Shown here in pieces: positions 50,647 to 63,619 of a stretch of 64,000 nucleotides of DNA. Location: positions 4,776,001-4,840,000 of the forward strand of contig NC_087250.1 of the NCBI RefSeq assembly GCF_037042905.1, read 5' to 3'. The notes under the pieces are model-generated. The model ran no database searches, was not told the origin of the DNA, and was given only the letters and a program-made list of their open reading frames with translations. How positions within the stretch are numbered: position 1 is the first letter of the stretch; every line of letters starts with the position of its first letter. Both the position numbers and the translations under genes were made by a program. The stretch comes from Lytechinus pictus (taxonomy: Eukaryota).

Positions 50647-52410
50647 CTAGATCTCGGAAGAATATGGGTTATTATTTCTACCTGCCGTGGAGCGAGTTGA
50701 CCTTCGAAGACAGGGAGTGATCGGCTTCTCTTGTTCCGATTGTGGCACATCATTCTCACTGACAAGGAGGGATCCCTCCTCATTGACGGTTTCTTCATCT
50801 AATAACGAGTCATGAATGGGAGTCAGAAATGCCTCATACGGTTTGGTCTGTGACTGCTCATTTCCATCTTCCAAAACAGGCTCCTCTACAGGCTGCTCAT
50901 TTTCTGGAAATGAGGGTGGGGCTTGTGAGTGGTTGAGAGCCTGGGCAATGTCACTTACATCCCACTGCACATTAGGGATATCATCCGGTTTATCCGGCAT
51001 GGATATTGAAGTAGGAAGAGTCCTAGGCTTGGAATGAGGGACCAATTCAATTGGTTCTGGGATTGATTCTTGAATAATCAATAAGTCAGCTCTGTTCACC
51101 ACTTTGGTTTTCTCAGAACCATTGACTGGTTCAATTTCATACACATGTCCAGTTGGGTTTAGTTTCTTTCGGATGCGGTATGGGTTTCCTTGCCAAATGT
51201 CTTGGATTTTGTGCCTTCCTGTCCAAGCTTGCTGTCGTAGCAACACTCTCTGGCCAACCTCAAGTTCGACATCCTTTGCACTAGTCTTTTGGATCTCTTG
51301 ACGTCGTCGTGCTTCCTTCTCCAAGTTCCCGGCAGGTCTCTCCCAAGCATCCTTTAGCTGACTCTGATGCTTAGACACCCACTCATCTATGTTAGCTGAT
51401 TTATCACCTTGGCTTGGAGGTCTGAAAAGCTGATCTATGGGAAGTTGAGGTTCTCTACCAAAGAATAAGAAGCAGGGAGTATATCCTGTGCTTGCATGTG
51501 GTGTTGCATTATAAGCGAAGACAAGTTCAGCGATATGTTGGTTCCATCTCCGTTTCTCATCAATTTCCAGGGTTCTGAGAAGATTATGCATGGTCCTGTT
51601 GAATCGCTCCGCTTGCCCATTACCAGTTGGATGGTATGGGGTGGTACGACTCTCTCTGATTCCATACATACGACCGAGTTCCTGTATGATATCAGCCTCA
51701 GAACAACGTCCTTGATCACTATGGAGCCTTCTCTGTACACCATAACGCACAAACCATTCTTTCACTAAGACTTCAGCCACTGTCCTAGCCTTCTGATCTC
51801 TGGTGGGTATGGCTTGAGTAAACTTATTGAAGACATCTGTAATCACTAGAACATTCTCAAAGCCATTTGCTGAGCGCTCCAATACAGTAAAGTCAATTGC
51901 TACTACTTCTTGCGGCTTCTGGGCAATGACACAACCCATGGCTGGGCGGACTTTCGGCTTGGCCTTGGCGAACAGGCAGCGATGGCAGTTTTGGCAATAT
52001 CTCTCTACATCTGTTGACATGCCTGGTGGGTGTTTCATAAAGCTGTTCGTAAGATAAGAGCGACTTTAAGAACGACTGGTGATCCTTTCTTGTAATTAAT
52101 GATATTCACCATTAAATGTTCATTGGTGATTATTAAGTGCGCAAGATATGATCACCAGCCGTTCGTAAAGTCACTCTTAACTTACGAACAGCTTTATGAA
52201 ACGGCCCCCAGGCCAGAAGAAGCGGCTCCTGCCTACAGACAACGTACGGTCTACTCCCTGATGGCCAAGATTATCATGCAACTCTTCTAGGATTCTTCCT
52301 TTCAAAGACGTAGGGAGCAGATTAAGTTGCTGAACAAATTGATCTCGGAACTGGACTTCCCGGACCCACAAATTGCCAATGCAGACAAATCGGTCCCACT
52401 CTCGAACATA
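50647..52410 (-). mobile_element. Gypsy/Ty3 LTR retrotransposon pol fragment (integrase)
   Basis: HHCC finger LHDNLGHQG...FFWP|GMSTDVERYCQNCHRC. DDE core AIDF / HSDQG / GQAERFNRT, plus AYNATPHASTGYTP, a GPY/F-like GNPYRI and C-terminal LRRSTR. Confidence 0.95.
52026..52208. mobile_element. CWG-flanked MITE inserted in the integrase zinc finger
   Basis: GTTTCATAAAGCTGTTCGTAAG / CTTACGAACAGCTTTATGAAAC TIRs. CTG and CAG flanks. Removing it restores W-P-G-M. Confidence 0.92.
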
Positions 52411-52837
52411 GAGGCTGTTCTCACTACGTTCCTAAAACTAGTTTACTGGAAACTAGTTTAGTGGAAACTAGTTTAGTGGAAACTAGTTTAACGCATAGTG
52501 AGAACGGTCGAAGCGGTCTCGGAAGCGATCTTCCAATCTAGTTTGGAAAACCACCTCGCGATGTAGTTTTCAAGATCGCTTTGCCTCGTTAAAATATTTT
52601 GAGCGCGCTACTCCACACGACAGGTGTAGAATGCCTATGCTGCGGTTTAGAATTTCGCGCGAAACGTGTCACCCCACTGAGAGCGTTTCCATAGCAACAA
52701 GAGCGCTTTACATGAAGTGATTTTGAAAACCACTTTCGTGCGATCAAGTGGGAACGCTAGCAAAGCGATCTTCCAAAGTGGTTTCCTGAATCGGTTTCCA
52801 GTAAACTAGTTATACAAAGCGTAATGAGAACGGCTTC
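52411..52837. mobile_element. MITE with 3-bp ATA duplication
   Basis: GAGGCTGTTCTCACTACG..AACTAGTTTACTGGAAAC / GTTTCCAGTAAACTAGTT..CGTAATGAGAACGGCTTC. ATA on both sides. Confidence 0.85.
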
Positions 52838-54161
52838 ATAGAGTCTTACAATACCATTCATTTAATCGACATATTCTCTCTGGACTAAAAGCAAACAAAA
52901 AACTCTCACAATATTACTCATAACTCAATTATTCAAACCCCCGTTCCCCCTTTCAAATATAATGTGTTATGTGCTATGCCGGAATTACTTCCAATAAACT
53001 ATAATTAATTCTAAATAGATTTTTTTCCCATTTTCCATCATAATTATGAAAGATTATCTTGAAAGTCGCCCCTGGTTATAGTGAACCACAGCCCTATACT
53101 TCAGTTGGCTTGATTAAAAAAATATTTTTTCACTGTCCAGCACGCTCAATGAAGACAGGCATAAAATGTTTACGATGGATAATATTCCGGCTAATAATAT
53201 TTACCAAAGATTGTCGGTACTAGCGGGTTTCTCGGCATTACAACGTGTGTTCCTCCGTTGCTGGGCAGATTGTATAACATTATCATTGACATTGTCATAG
53301 CTCCCTTCCGGAACTTCTATATACTTTTGATGTTTGTACAAAACTAATGGTCTTATCGATGTGGTCTCTTTAAAAAAACACATTGAGAAACCCGAGCATT
53401 TGTGGCGTCGCATTCATATATAAGGGTAGTCATTCAATCGCGCTGAAATTTAAAGAGTCGAAATCGTTATCTGGTCACAATATTGAGGATGCTTGTTCAT
53501 TTGTATCACCAACGAAAAAGATCTTATTTGAATGAATATTTGAATTCAGGTTTCTGATTTCATTTTCAATGTAAACGCGTCAATACTATCAGGATGATGC
53601 CATGAAAAATGAATATAAAAAATGAATTAAAAAGAAAATGTGATATGCATGCATCTATCTCCTTAAATGATCGCATTTACCTTTTTAGTTAATTCGATAG
53701 TTTTGCAGTAAAAATGGATATACTTTGTGATGGAATCGATAACTCCATCTCGCTGACTGTCCTAAATATCTTTATAGCTCACTCTTTCTCTCATTTTTTT
53801 CTTCATTCTGTGCACAAGACTCCTAGCTCCCCCTTTTTTCTCCTCCACCCCCTTTCTCTCTCTCTCTCTTTTATCTCCCTCCTCCCCACTTTACCGTATT
53901 ATAAACTCACACTTCATTAGATAAATTGGGTTACGATCGAATTTCCACATGATGCGTTGTCCTGATCCTATGCATGCGTAACATAAAAAATAAGTCTTTT
54001 GCGCGTGTGGGTGTGTGCGCTGCGCGTGTGTGCGCGCGCGTGTGTGTGTGGGGTTGTGGTAGCGTATGTCTTTGTACTACACCCCCCCCCCGCATTTACC
54101 CTTCTCGTTTAGCTTTTATCAATTGATTTACAGTCTTTTTTGTATCCTCTGGTAATTTTAA

Positions 54162-54540
54162 AGTGATTGGCTAACATTGATTTGACTTCTAAAAAATCAG
54201 AGCTAGAAGGTCACACTTGTCACCTGTGTCTCTGATATGTTAACAAAATGAAGCCCAGAAAAAATTGTGTCCGAAAATCATAAATTAGTGCTTCAAAAGG
54301 TGAAATATAAAGTGACCGGAAACACCATCTTAATTTCATCCCATACACATTGCGTGTTCTATTTAAGTGTCTTCAAGACGCCTAATTACAAAATCGGGGT
54401 TTGCCTCGTCTTTTTAGCTTTTCATTCTCAATAATGGTTGTTTTCAGGGTTTTTTAGTTCTAATACATGTACATGTACACATGTTTCAACTTAGTTTGAT
54501 ACTTTTTTTAATTGACTGCTCACAAAGTTAAATAATACCT
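54162..54540. mobile_element. Possible degenerate TTAA-flanked MITE
   Basis: TTAA|AGTGATTGGCTAAC ... GTTAAATAATACCT|TTAA. Weak TIR match. Confidence 0.4.
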
Positions 54541-56759
54541 TTAACTAACATGCCTATTCGTCGGGATCAATATGATGTTACTACAGACTTTTGTTCATTG
54601 TATGTGGGAGCATGAAGAAGCTGTGATACGAGGAGAGATGATAATGTGTTGAAATTTGTTTTCGGCTAATCATTTGTGGTAATTATAATTTGTGAGGTCT
54701 ACATAGAGGATTGGGGTGAGGTTTAGTCTTTTTAGCATACATATATGTTTTTTCAGGCATTCCATTCCATCATTATTTGTTTCAGTAGTCTGTTTTCATT
54801 TTAGACTGTCCGTAAACATGGTAACACAAAATTAGGATGTGTAAATCTGTTGGTTATTTACCTCGAGTTTATGTAGTCAATTGATAAATAAGAACACTTT
54901 GAAAGTGTGTGAGGGCGTGTCTAAATTGATGGTGTGTGTGTGTGTGTGTATATCTTCACATGTGTGTCGTGAATGGCGATGACGATGAAGCAATGTCATA
55001 TATGTATATAGAGAGAGAGAGAGAGAGAAATATATGCAAATAATTTGTGACAGCTCTCTTGTAAATGTATACAGTGACCAAAGGAAAATACAAAGGTTGG
55101 AAATTTGTCTACTGGTTGATTGAACTCGGTCTCGCCTAACTGCTGGCCCGCCTCCGTGGTCAGAGCCAGGGACCCGGGTTCGATTCCTTGCGGGGGCATG
55201 CTTTCAACCTTTGATTCAGCTCTGAGGGACCTTGAGTGAAGCTACGTACGCATCTATTATTCTCTCGTTTTCATTTGTTTCACCATATATTTAATCAACA
55301 TTCGGGACTCAAACACGTCAAAGGAAATGATGAAGATCTCATTAAGAAAAAACCTTACACAGACTGAGTGTCGCTCAGCGTTGATTGTTCGTTAATAATA
55401 TTGAAAGCATTCATATTCACCCCTTCGTATCTCATTATCATCTCCCCAATTTGTACAAACAACATTCGTTTTGTTCATGAGATGCAACTGTACTTTCTTT
55501 CAGCCTTGAATAGTGCTTAATCAGGCCCTAATAGACATGATAGACCAATTAACGTAAAATAAGAACTAGATCATGACGCCAACGCGGCCAAGCTAAGCGC
55601 ATCTTACATCTTTAATTTCCGAATCAGACCAATTAGAATGTTCTTGAAAACCACAATAATACAGTCGCATCCGGGCCATCTGGGAGCCCCTACGGAAGAT
55701 TACGAATATGGTAATTTTAATTGCCGTTATATACCTACCAAGGAATCCTTGATTTTGTTGAATTTCCTATAATTCGTCGCCCCTCCCCCCCCCCTCCACC
55801 CCTACATCGAATCTTATAATACTCCACGGTCTACGATTAAGGAGCAAGTGAAAATAGAAGAGCAAAATAAAAGGAAAGGGGGCGAAATATAAATGATATC
55901 ATTTTCTTAATATCATGTCAAATCTAAACAAAATATATATTTGTATCAAATATGTCACTTTTCCTTGCTCGCTTTGCTCACTCGTGGCCTTTTCTATTTA
56001 AAAATATCAAATTCTTAACAACAAACAAATTTACTATTGTTATATTCAATTTATGATAAATTAAGCATGGTCGTTTAAAATTTCAATTACTTGTTTTAAC
56101 TGTTTAACAACTACTATAAAGGTCATATAAAAGCGTTGTATAAAAATTGAACAGCATTTCGACTTTGTAAATATAAACGGCGATCATTTTAATACCGAGA
56201 GTAGAGGTTTCATAAACACATGTTATATGCACAGTCACCCCAGCGAAATCTACTTCAGACCGATAAAGGCTATTACGTTATTTCCAATGATATACCATTG
56301 GTCGGTTAGTAGTCCGTTTCGTTGGTGCGACTTGTATGAGACCTTTTGCGTATAAACGCACAGAGGTTAGAACAATTAAATGAAATGAATGTTGTAATTA
56401 GAATATTAACCATCAAGGTTTACGCTACAGCCATACACGACCCTAACCTAGTCTACTGGGCAAACCCTTCACTCGAGTTAAGGGTCTGAATGTGCAGCCT
56501 ACTCATGCCTTGTGTACTGAAGGTCAGCAAGTTTTGTATGTGCTAGTCTTTGCGTGGAGGCACACTTGTTGATCAAAGTTCCAATCAGGGTATGTGCCTG
56601 CAGACTAACCCCAACCCGATAAAAAAACTCGACTCTCTCTCGCTCTCCCTCTCTCTTTCGCCCTCTCCCTCTTTCTACTAGTCTCAAGTATTGAGCAAAC
56701 CAAACCTATATCAATTGAAAGTGATCCATGTATTAGATACATGACTGGTTACGAATAAA

Positions 56760-57150
56760 TTTATTCATTGATTCTTGCATCAATTCATTCATCCATCCAT
56801 TCATTCATTCTTTTATTCATGCATTCAATCAGTCATCCATCCATTTATTCATTCTTTCATTCACCCATCTAATTCATTTATCCCTTCGTCCATCTATCTA
56901 TCCATCCATCCATCCATACATACATACATACATGCATGCATTCATTCATTCATCCATTCTTTCATTCATCCATCCATTCATCCACCCACTCATTCATCCA
57001 TTCATCCACCCACTTATTCATTCATTCATCCATTCATCCATCCATCTATTCATTCACCATCCATCCATTCATCCACCCACTTATTCATTCATTCATCCAT
57101 TCATCCATCCATCTATTCATTCACCATCCATCCATTTATTCATTCATGCA
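56760..57150. repeat. (CATC/CATT)n tetranucleotide tract
   Basis: Direct observation, with an internal ~64-bp duplication. Confidence 0.95.
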
Positions 57151-57740
57151 TGTGAGGTATCACAGTTTCAAAAGATAGTTTTATTGAAACTTTGATGCCA
57201 TACTTGTTCAACAATTGTCATGATATCGATGGCCACGAAGCGCTGTGAATATGTTACGTATTAAAAAAAATGTGGGGGCCGTTATAACTTTTCCATCGTT
57301 TGCTTTTAGATATATTTGCACAACTTTTATTTGCTAGACAAGTTGCGAGAATCAATTTGTATGAATGAGGCAAATGTTGAATTCGAGTCGAGAAGATGTA
57401 GACTATAGAAGATGGAGACTATTATTCAAATCTTGTTTATTGCTTTTCAAATAAATGATTAAAAAATCGATACAATGTAAGCAGATAGATGGCCGAGGGA
57501 AAAGAAAATGCCACGAGTTTTACATCTTTCAATATAATCCGATTGTGACTATTATGCATACCAGACGGTACGTGCATGGTATTCATTAATGCACGTTGAA
57601 AACATGAATTATTTGCCCAATATATCATACGTTTATTAGCCGAGTATGCCACATTCATCAATGAATAGGAATTAGGATGCATTGGGGGTTTTCATGGTTG
57701 CTTCGAATTAAACGAGAAACATAGACCTATACCATGTATG

Positions 57741-58979
57741 TTAAGCGATTATTGCATGACCCCAAGGCTCCCCCGTCTTTACGTCAGTGAGCCATGCCTC
57801 TAAACATGCTAAATATGATTATTTCTTATTTTGATTCAGTCATCCTCCCCTTTGTTTACTGTTAATGCACACCAGCTGATGGAAGCATTCGAAGATTGTC
57901 CGAGTGGTTAATTTCTAGTAATTGTCATGAAAGTTCATTAAAATCAATTTTCTATTCAATATCAGATTCATCCACATCGCAGAACAATCGGTTCATGTGT
58001 TAAGTGATATGTGTATAAATTAGATTGTGAATGCAATCCCATGCTTATATGAACTTTGTAGCTTAAAGGACAAGTCCACCCCAGCAAAAAGTTGATTCGA
58101 ATAAAAAGAGAACAATTCAACGAGCATAACACTGAAAATTTCATCAAAATCGGATGTAAAATAAGAAAGTTATGACATTTTAAAGTTTCGCTTCATTTCA
58201 CAAAACAGTTATATGCGCATCCCGGTCGGTATGCAAATGAGGGAACCGATGACATCACTCACTCACTATTTCTTTTGTATTTTATTATATGAAATATGAA
58301 ATATTTTGATTTTCTCGTCATTGTCATGTGAAATGAAGTTTCATTCCTCCCTGAACACGTAGAATTCCATTATTTTAACATTTTGTGGTTCAGGCAATGA
58401 GGTCCTAATCGTCAAATTCGTAAAAATTGAAATATTGTATTATTCAAACAATAAAAAACAAAAGAAATAGTGAGTGAGTGACATCATCGACTCTCTAATT
58501 TGGATGTAACTGGCTCGTTCATATAACTATTTTGTTAAAGATAAGCGAAACTTTGAAATGTCATAACTTTCTTATTTTACATCCGATTTTGATGAAATTT
58601 TTAGCATTGTGCTTATCTGATTTTTTTCTATTGATTCAAATCAACATTTTTATGAGGTGGACTTGACCTTTAAGCGATTATTACATGGCCTTTACGTCAG
58701 TAAGCCATGCCTCTAAACATGCTAAATATGATTATTTCTTATTTTGATTAAATCATCCTCCCCTTTGTTTACTGTTAATGCACACCAGCTGATGGAAGCA
58801 TTCGAAGATTGTCCGAGGGGTTGATTGCCAGTAATTGTCATGAAAGTTCATTAAAATCAATTTTCTATTCAATATCAGATTAATCCACATCGCAGAACAA
58901 TCGGTTCATGTGTTAAGTGATATGTGTATAAATTAGATTGTGAATGCAATCCCATGCTTATATGAACTTTGTAGCTTAA
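57741..58979 (+). repeat. Direct duplication of a TTAA-bounded ~310-325 bp segment (57741-58066 and 58670-58979)
   Basis: Both copies start TTAAGCGATTATT and end GAACTTTGTAGCTTAA. Confidence 0.92.
58067..58669. mobile_element. Kolobok-like MITE
   Basis: TTAA|AGGACAAGTCCACC ... GGTGGACTTGACCT|TTAA. Confidence 0.92.
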
Positions 58980-59582
58980 AGGACAAGTCCACCCCAGCAA
59001 AAAGTTGATTCGAATAAAAAGAGAATAATCCAACAAGCAAAACACTGAAAAATTTATTAAAATCGGATGTAAAATAAGAAAGTTGTGATTTTTCAAAGTT
59101 TCCCTTAATTTCACAAAACAGTTATATTCACATCCTTGTCGGTATGCAAATGAGGAGACTGATAACATCACTCACTCACTATTTCTTTTGTATTTTATTA
59201 TATGAAATATGAAATATTCCAATTGTCTCCCTGTTGTCGTGTGAAACAACGATTAAATCCTCCCTGAGCATGTGATATTATCATTGTTTAATAGAATATG
59301 GTTCAATCAAGTTGGTCCTTACTTGTCAAATCTGTAAAAAAAGAAATATTGTATAATTCAAACAATAAAAACTAAAGAAATAGTGAGTGAGTGACATCAT
59401 CGACTGTCTCATTTGCATGTCACTGAGTTGTGCATATCACTGTTTTGTGAAAAATAAGCGAAACTTTGAAATGTCATAACTTTCTTATTTTACATCCGAT
59501 TTTGATGAAATTTTCAGCATAATGCTTGTTTGATTTGTCTCTGTTTATTCAAATCAACATTTTACAGGGGTGGACTTGACCT
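58980..59582. mobile_element. Kolobok-like MITE
   Basis: TTAA|AGGACAAGTCCACC ... GGTGGACTTGACCT|TTAA. Confidence 0.92.
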
Positions 59583-59969
59583 TTAATTAATATAACCCCT
59601 TACAATCTTTCTCGCAACCTTAGGTCTGCTAGTTCATCCTTACTTGCTGTACCACAGTCTCATAATTCAGGGGGGGGGGGTCGATCGTTTCAACATGCCG
59701 GGCCATTCCTATCAAATAAACTTCCAAAAGAGAGCCGCAATATTTCTTGTCTCACCACTTTCAAAAGTTCTCTTAAAGCCTCGTTATTCACACAAACTTT
59801 TAAGTAATAATTATCCCCCCCTTTTTTTTAGTAAGTCTCTATTTTATTCTTCCTTTCTTTTCTTTGTTGCGCCATGAGCATCTTTTTACGATGGATACCG
59901 GCGTATTTCAAAAAAATGTTCACATTGGCCCAAATTCATAAAGGTGAACTAAAATTATACCGGGGTTAA

Positions 59970-60314
59970 ACGAATGCTCCAGGCTTGAGATATTTATATC
60001 TCAATAAATATAGTTATTTTACAGAGCAAAATGATGAAAATTTGATCAAAATCGGATAACAAATAACGGAGTTATTGAATTTCAAAGATATGCATTATTC
60101 CGGTGAAACTGTTCTAGGCATGTCTTTATAAATATTCATCAAGTGGGCTGATGATGTCATATCCCCACTTCTTCTTTTGTATTTTATTATATGAAATTGT
60201 TTATTCATGTTTTTTCTACCAAGAACTAAAACAATTGGATTGACAACTGATTAAGTGCATCAGTTATTTCCTGCTTTCACAAAAGCTAACTTGCTCCAAG
60301 AGTTTCATTCTCCT
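59970..60314. mobile_element. Chimeric TTAA-flanked MITE
   Basis: The left end resembles the 60614 family. The right ~40 bp is the reverse complement of the 38439 left end. Confidence 0.7.
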
Positions 60315-60364
60315 TTAACTTTAGCATCCGGGGTTAAATTTAATTCATGGTTTGGTTATACCCT

Positions 60365-60603
60365 CACTGTAAAAACTGCGGTGTTAAAACTGACACCAGT
60401 TGGTGTTAATAGAGGACCACACCGTGAGGTGTTAAAATTACACCCTAGAGATTAAAAATAACACCAAAGCGTGTAAATGTAACAACCAAAGGTGTAGCAA
60501 TGACACCTATAGGTGTAAAACTAACACCACCAATTCAACACCGGTGTAAAATAACTGGTGTGGTCCTCTATGTACACCGGTTAACACCACAGTTTTTGCT
60601 GTG
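60365..60603. mobile_element. CACTG-terminated MITE (CMC/CACTA-like), 2-bp TSD CT
   Basis: CT|CACTGTAAAAACTGCGGTGTTAA ... TTAACACCACAGTTTTTGCTGTG|CT. Confidence 0.8.
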
Positions 60604-60613
60604 CTGGTATTAA

Positions 60614-61630
60614 AGGGATACTCCAGGCTAAAAATATTAAATTCAAATAAATAGAGTGAAATTCACAAAGCAAAATGCTGAAAATTTGATCAAAATCGGA
60701 TAACAAATAATGACGTTATTGAATTTCAAAGATTTGCATCATTCTGGTGAAACAGTTCTAGGTATGTCTTCATGAATATTCATTAGGTGTGCAGATGATT
60801 TTATATCCCCACTTTCCTTTTTTTGTTCTTATTACATAAAATCATAATTTTTTAATTTTTTTCATAATTGTGTAAACGATTTGTCTCCATTATGATGAAA
60901 TAAGATGCAGCAAGAAATGATTAAGGCACTTAATCACTTGTCAATCCAATTGTTAAAATTCTTGGTAGAAAAGTTTTGATTAAAAAATAACAAGTGGGGA
61001 TATGACATCATCAGCCCACCTGATGAATACTCATGAAGACACGCTAGAACTGTTTCACCGGAATAATGCAAATCTTTAAATTCAATAACTGTATACAACT
61101 CCAAAGAATGTTCTGTAATCTGATTGGTCCAAATCGGATCACATGATATTCAGCGAATTGCACTATTGCATCAAAAATGCACTATCCTGCACTCTGAGGT
61201 CTTATACCGAATGTACTATCCTGCACTCTGACGTCAGAGTGCAGGATAGTGTGAGGTCTGGAATTATATAGAATTATCTAGAATTTAGATCAAATATATA
61301 GCATTCGGGGCAACTCAGTAACATGGGGGAGGGGAGGGTTGTATAAAACAAACAATGTACGCATTCTTGTGCATAGAGGACCTAAATAATGAACTCTGTG
61401 CTCGACTCGCCAAATGGATAGGACCGCACTCGGTCCTGCGGACCTCAGTGCGGTATATCCATTGGCTCTTCTCGCACATCGTTCATTATTTGGCCCTGCA
61501 TGCACGCGCTTACGTGCATTAATTGTATATTGGTATTCGTTATCCTATTTTCATCAAATTTTCAGCATTTTTCTCTTTGAACCTTTATCTATTTATTGAG
61601 ATATAAATATCTTCAGCCCGAAGCATCCCT
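60614..61630. mobile_element. Kolobok-like MITE with an internal insertion (~61092-61529)
   Basis: TTAA|AGGGATACTCCAGGCT ... AGCCCGAAGCATCCCT|TTAA. The palindrome is interrupted by a TATACAA...TTGTATA segment. Confidence 0.8.
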
Positions 61631-61815
61631 TTAACTTTAGTCCACCTTTGTGAATTCTGGCCAGTAGTATTATTATCATTATGAAGTTTTCACAACCACT
61701 ACGCATGCGCTCTCAGGAACGCTGAGAACCCATTGAAAATACCCCCCCCCCCTCCTCAAATAAACAATGAACAGATTAGAGGTCTTTTTGAAGATTCCCG
61801 ACAAAGACTGCTTAA

Positions 61816-62410
61816 AGGACAAGTCCACCCCAACAAAAAGTAGATTTGAATAAAAAGAGAAAAATCAAACAAGCAAACACTGAAAACTTCATCAAAATCG
61901 GATGTAAAATAAGAAAGTTATATTTTAAAGTTTTGCTTCATTTCACAAAATAGTTATACGCACATCCTGGTTGGTATGCAAATGAGGATCTGATGACGTC
62001 ATCCACTCACTATTTCTTTTGTATTCTATCACATGAAATATAAAATATTCTAATTTTCTCCTCATTGTCAAGTGAAACAACGATTGATTCTTCCATGAAC
62101 ATGTGGAACTAGCATTGCTGAAAACTATATGATTCAGTCAAGTTGGTCCCTATTGTCGAATGTGTAAAAAATGAAATATTGTATAATTCAAACAATAAAA
62201 AAAACAAAAGAAATAGTGAGTGACGGACATCATTGACTGTCTCATTTGCATGTCACTGAGTTGTGCATCACTGTTTTGTGAAAAATAAGTGAAACTTTTA
62301 AATGTCATAACTTTCTTATTTTACATCCGATTTTGATGACATTTTCAGCGTTAGTTTTTTATTTTTCTCTATTTATTCAAATTAACATTTTTCTGGGGTG
62401 GACTTGTCCT
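61816..62410. mobile_element. Kolobok-like MITE
   Basis: TTAA|AGGACAAGTCCACCCC ... GGGGTGGACTTGTCCTTAA. Confidence 0.9.
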
Positions 62411-62570
62411 TAAGGGCTTTTGACAAAAGATTCTCAACGTCCCAGAAAGCGTCTGCGATAACTCATTGTTATTATAACTCATTGCTATTTTTTTAATATA
62501 TAGATTAAAAGATAAAAACAAATTTATAAAATTATAAAACAAATTTGTTAAATTTTGCGAAGGCTTTATA

Positions 62571-62810
62571 CACTGCAAAAACTCCGGTGTTGATTTAACA
62601 CAAGCATGGAAACTATATATGTCCACACCAGAGAAGTGTTAAACAACACCAGTTTCGTCTTGGTCTAACACCAGATAGGTGTTTATACAACACCAATTAG
62701 TATTAAAACAGCATCGGTTTGATTCCAAACTGGTATTGTTTCATACTTCTCTGTTGTGGACGTATATAGATTCCGGGCTGGTGTTAAATCAGCACCGGAG
62801 TTTTGCAGTG
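62571..62810. mobile_element. CACTG-terminated MITE, 2-bp TSD TA
   Basis: TA|CACTGCAAAAACTCCGGTGTTGATTTAACAC ... GTGTTAAATCAGCACCGGAGTTTTGCAGTG|TA. Confidence 0.85.
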
Positions 62811-63337
62811 TAGGGGCAGGCCTACGTTTCCATTTGTTACACTTCTTCCGGTGGTACCCACGTCAATATTGAGTATGTGGGTGAAAAGTGGAATTATAAA
62901 TGCATCACTTGACATTTTCGTACTAATCTTGCAGCCTAATTTGTGTTAAGCCCGTTTTCTTGTGGAAAACATGAAAAAAAATGAATAAGGAAAAGGGATG
63001 TGTTATCTCAATAGTGTAGGCGCTAACTTCATCGATAATTTCGCTTGAATTGAATAGGCCCACATTTGATTTACCTGATGTCATTTGCAAAAGAGAATAC
63101 AGTTTGGACGCAACGCAACGCAAAAACAAAATTAAAAACACAAATAAAAAGTAATCCCCGAATGAGTGCGTTTGATTGGTTGAAAATCAGGCTGAGTTGA
63201 TTTTAAGTGTTGCATTTGATTTCGACTCTTTTAGCAACCGGGGCCCGGGTATGTGTTAAGTGACTGATTGTTGTAACTTGCACTATTTTTTATTCATTCA
63301 TTTATTCTGTCTTATTCACCCTGAGGGCCGTTAAATA

Positions 63338-63525
63338 GGTTTATTTCCAATTTGTCGAATGCCAATTCGTCCAATTGCCAACTCGTCTACTACCATGTAG
63401 TCTACCATCGGCTCGTCCACTATCCACATGGTCTAATTGCCAATTCGTCAACTCACAATTACGTCTAATATCCAGTTGGTCCAAGAACCATTTTGTCCAT
63501 ATACCATTTGGTCTAATTAGACTAA
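63338..63525 (+). repeat. Degenerate ~15-16 bp tandem array (CCAATTCGTCCAATTG-like)
   Basis: About 11 diverged units starting after a GG dinucleotide. Confidence 0.6.
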
Positions 63526-63619
63526 GTTTATCATGAAAGGAATGTCAGACGTTTTATCCGACAAGTCCCGTTTCATCCGACAGTTACCATAGTAACAGTG
63601 CTTCTCAGCCAATCAGAAT

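Larger units (their letters stand above)
59927..61662. mobile_element. Small MITE inflated by nested insertions
   Basis: Outer ends GGCCCAAATTCATAAAGGTGAACTAAA / TTTAGTCCACCTTTGTGAATTCTGGCC. Confidence 0.72.

Noticed and set aside
52024..52038. MKHPP start of the 463-aa integrase ORF
   Set aside because: The ATG comes from the inserted MITE and is not a native start.
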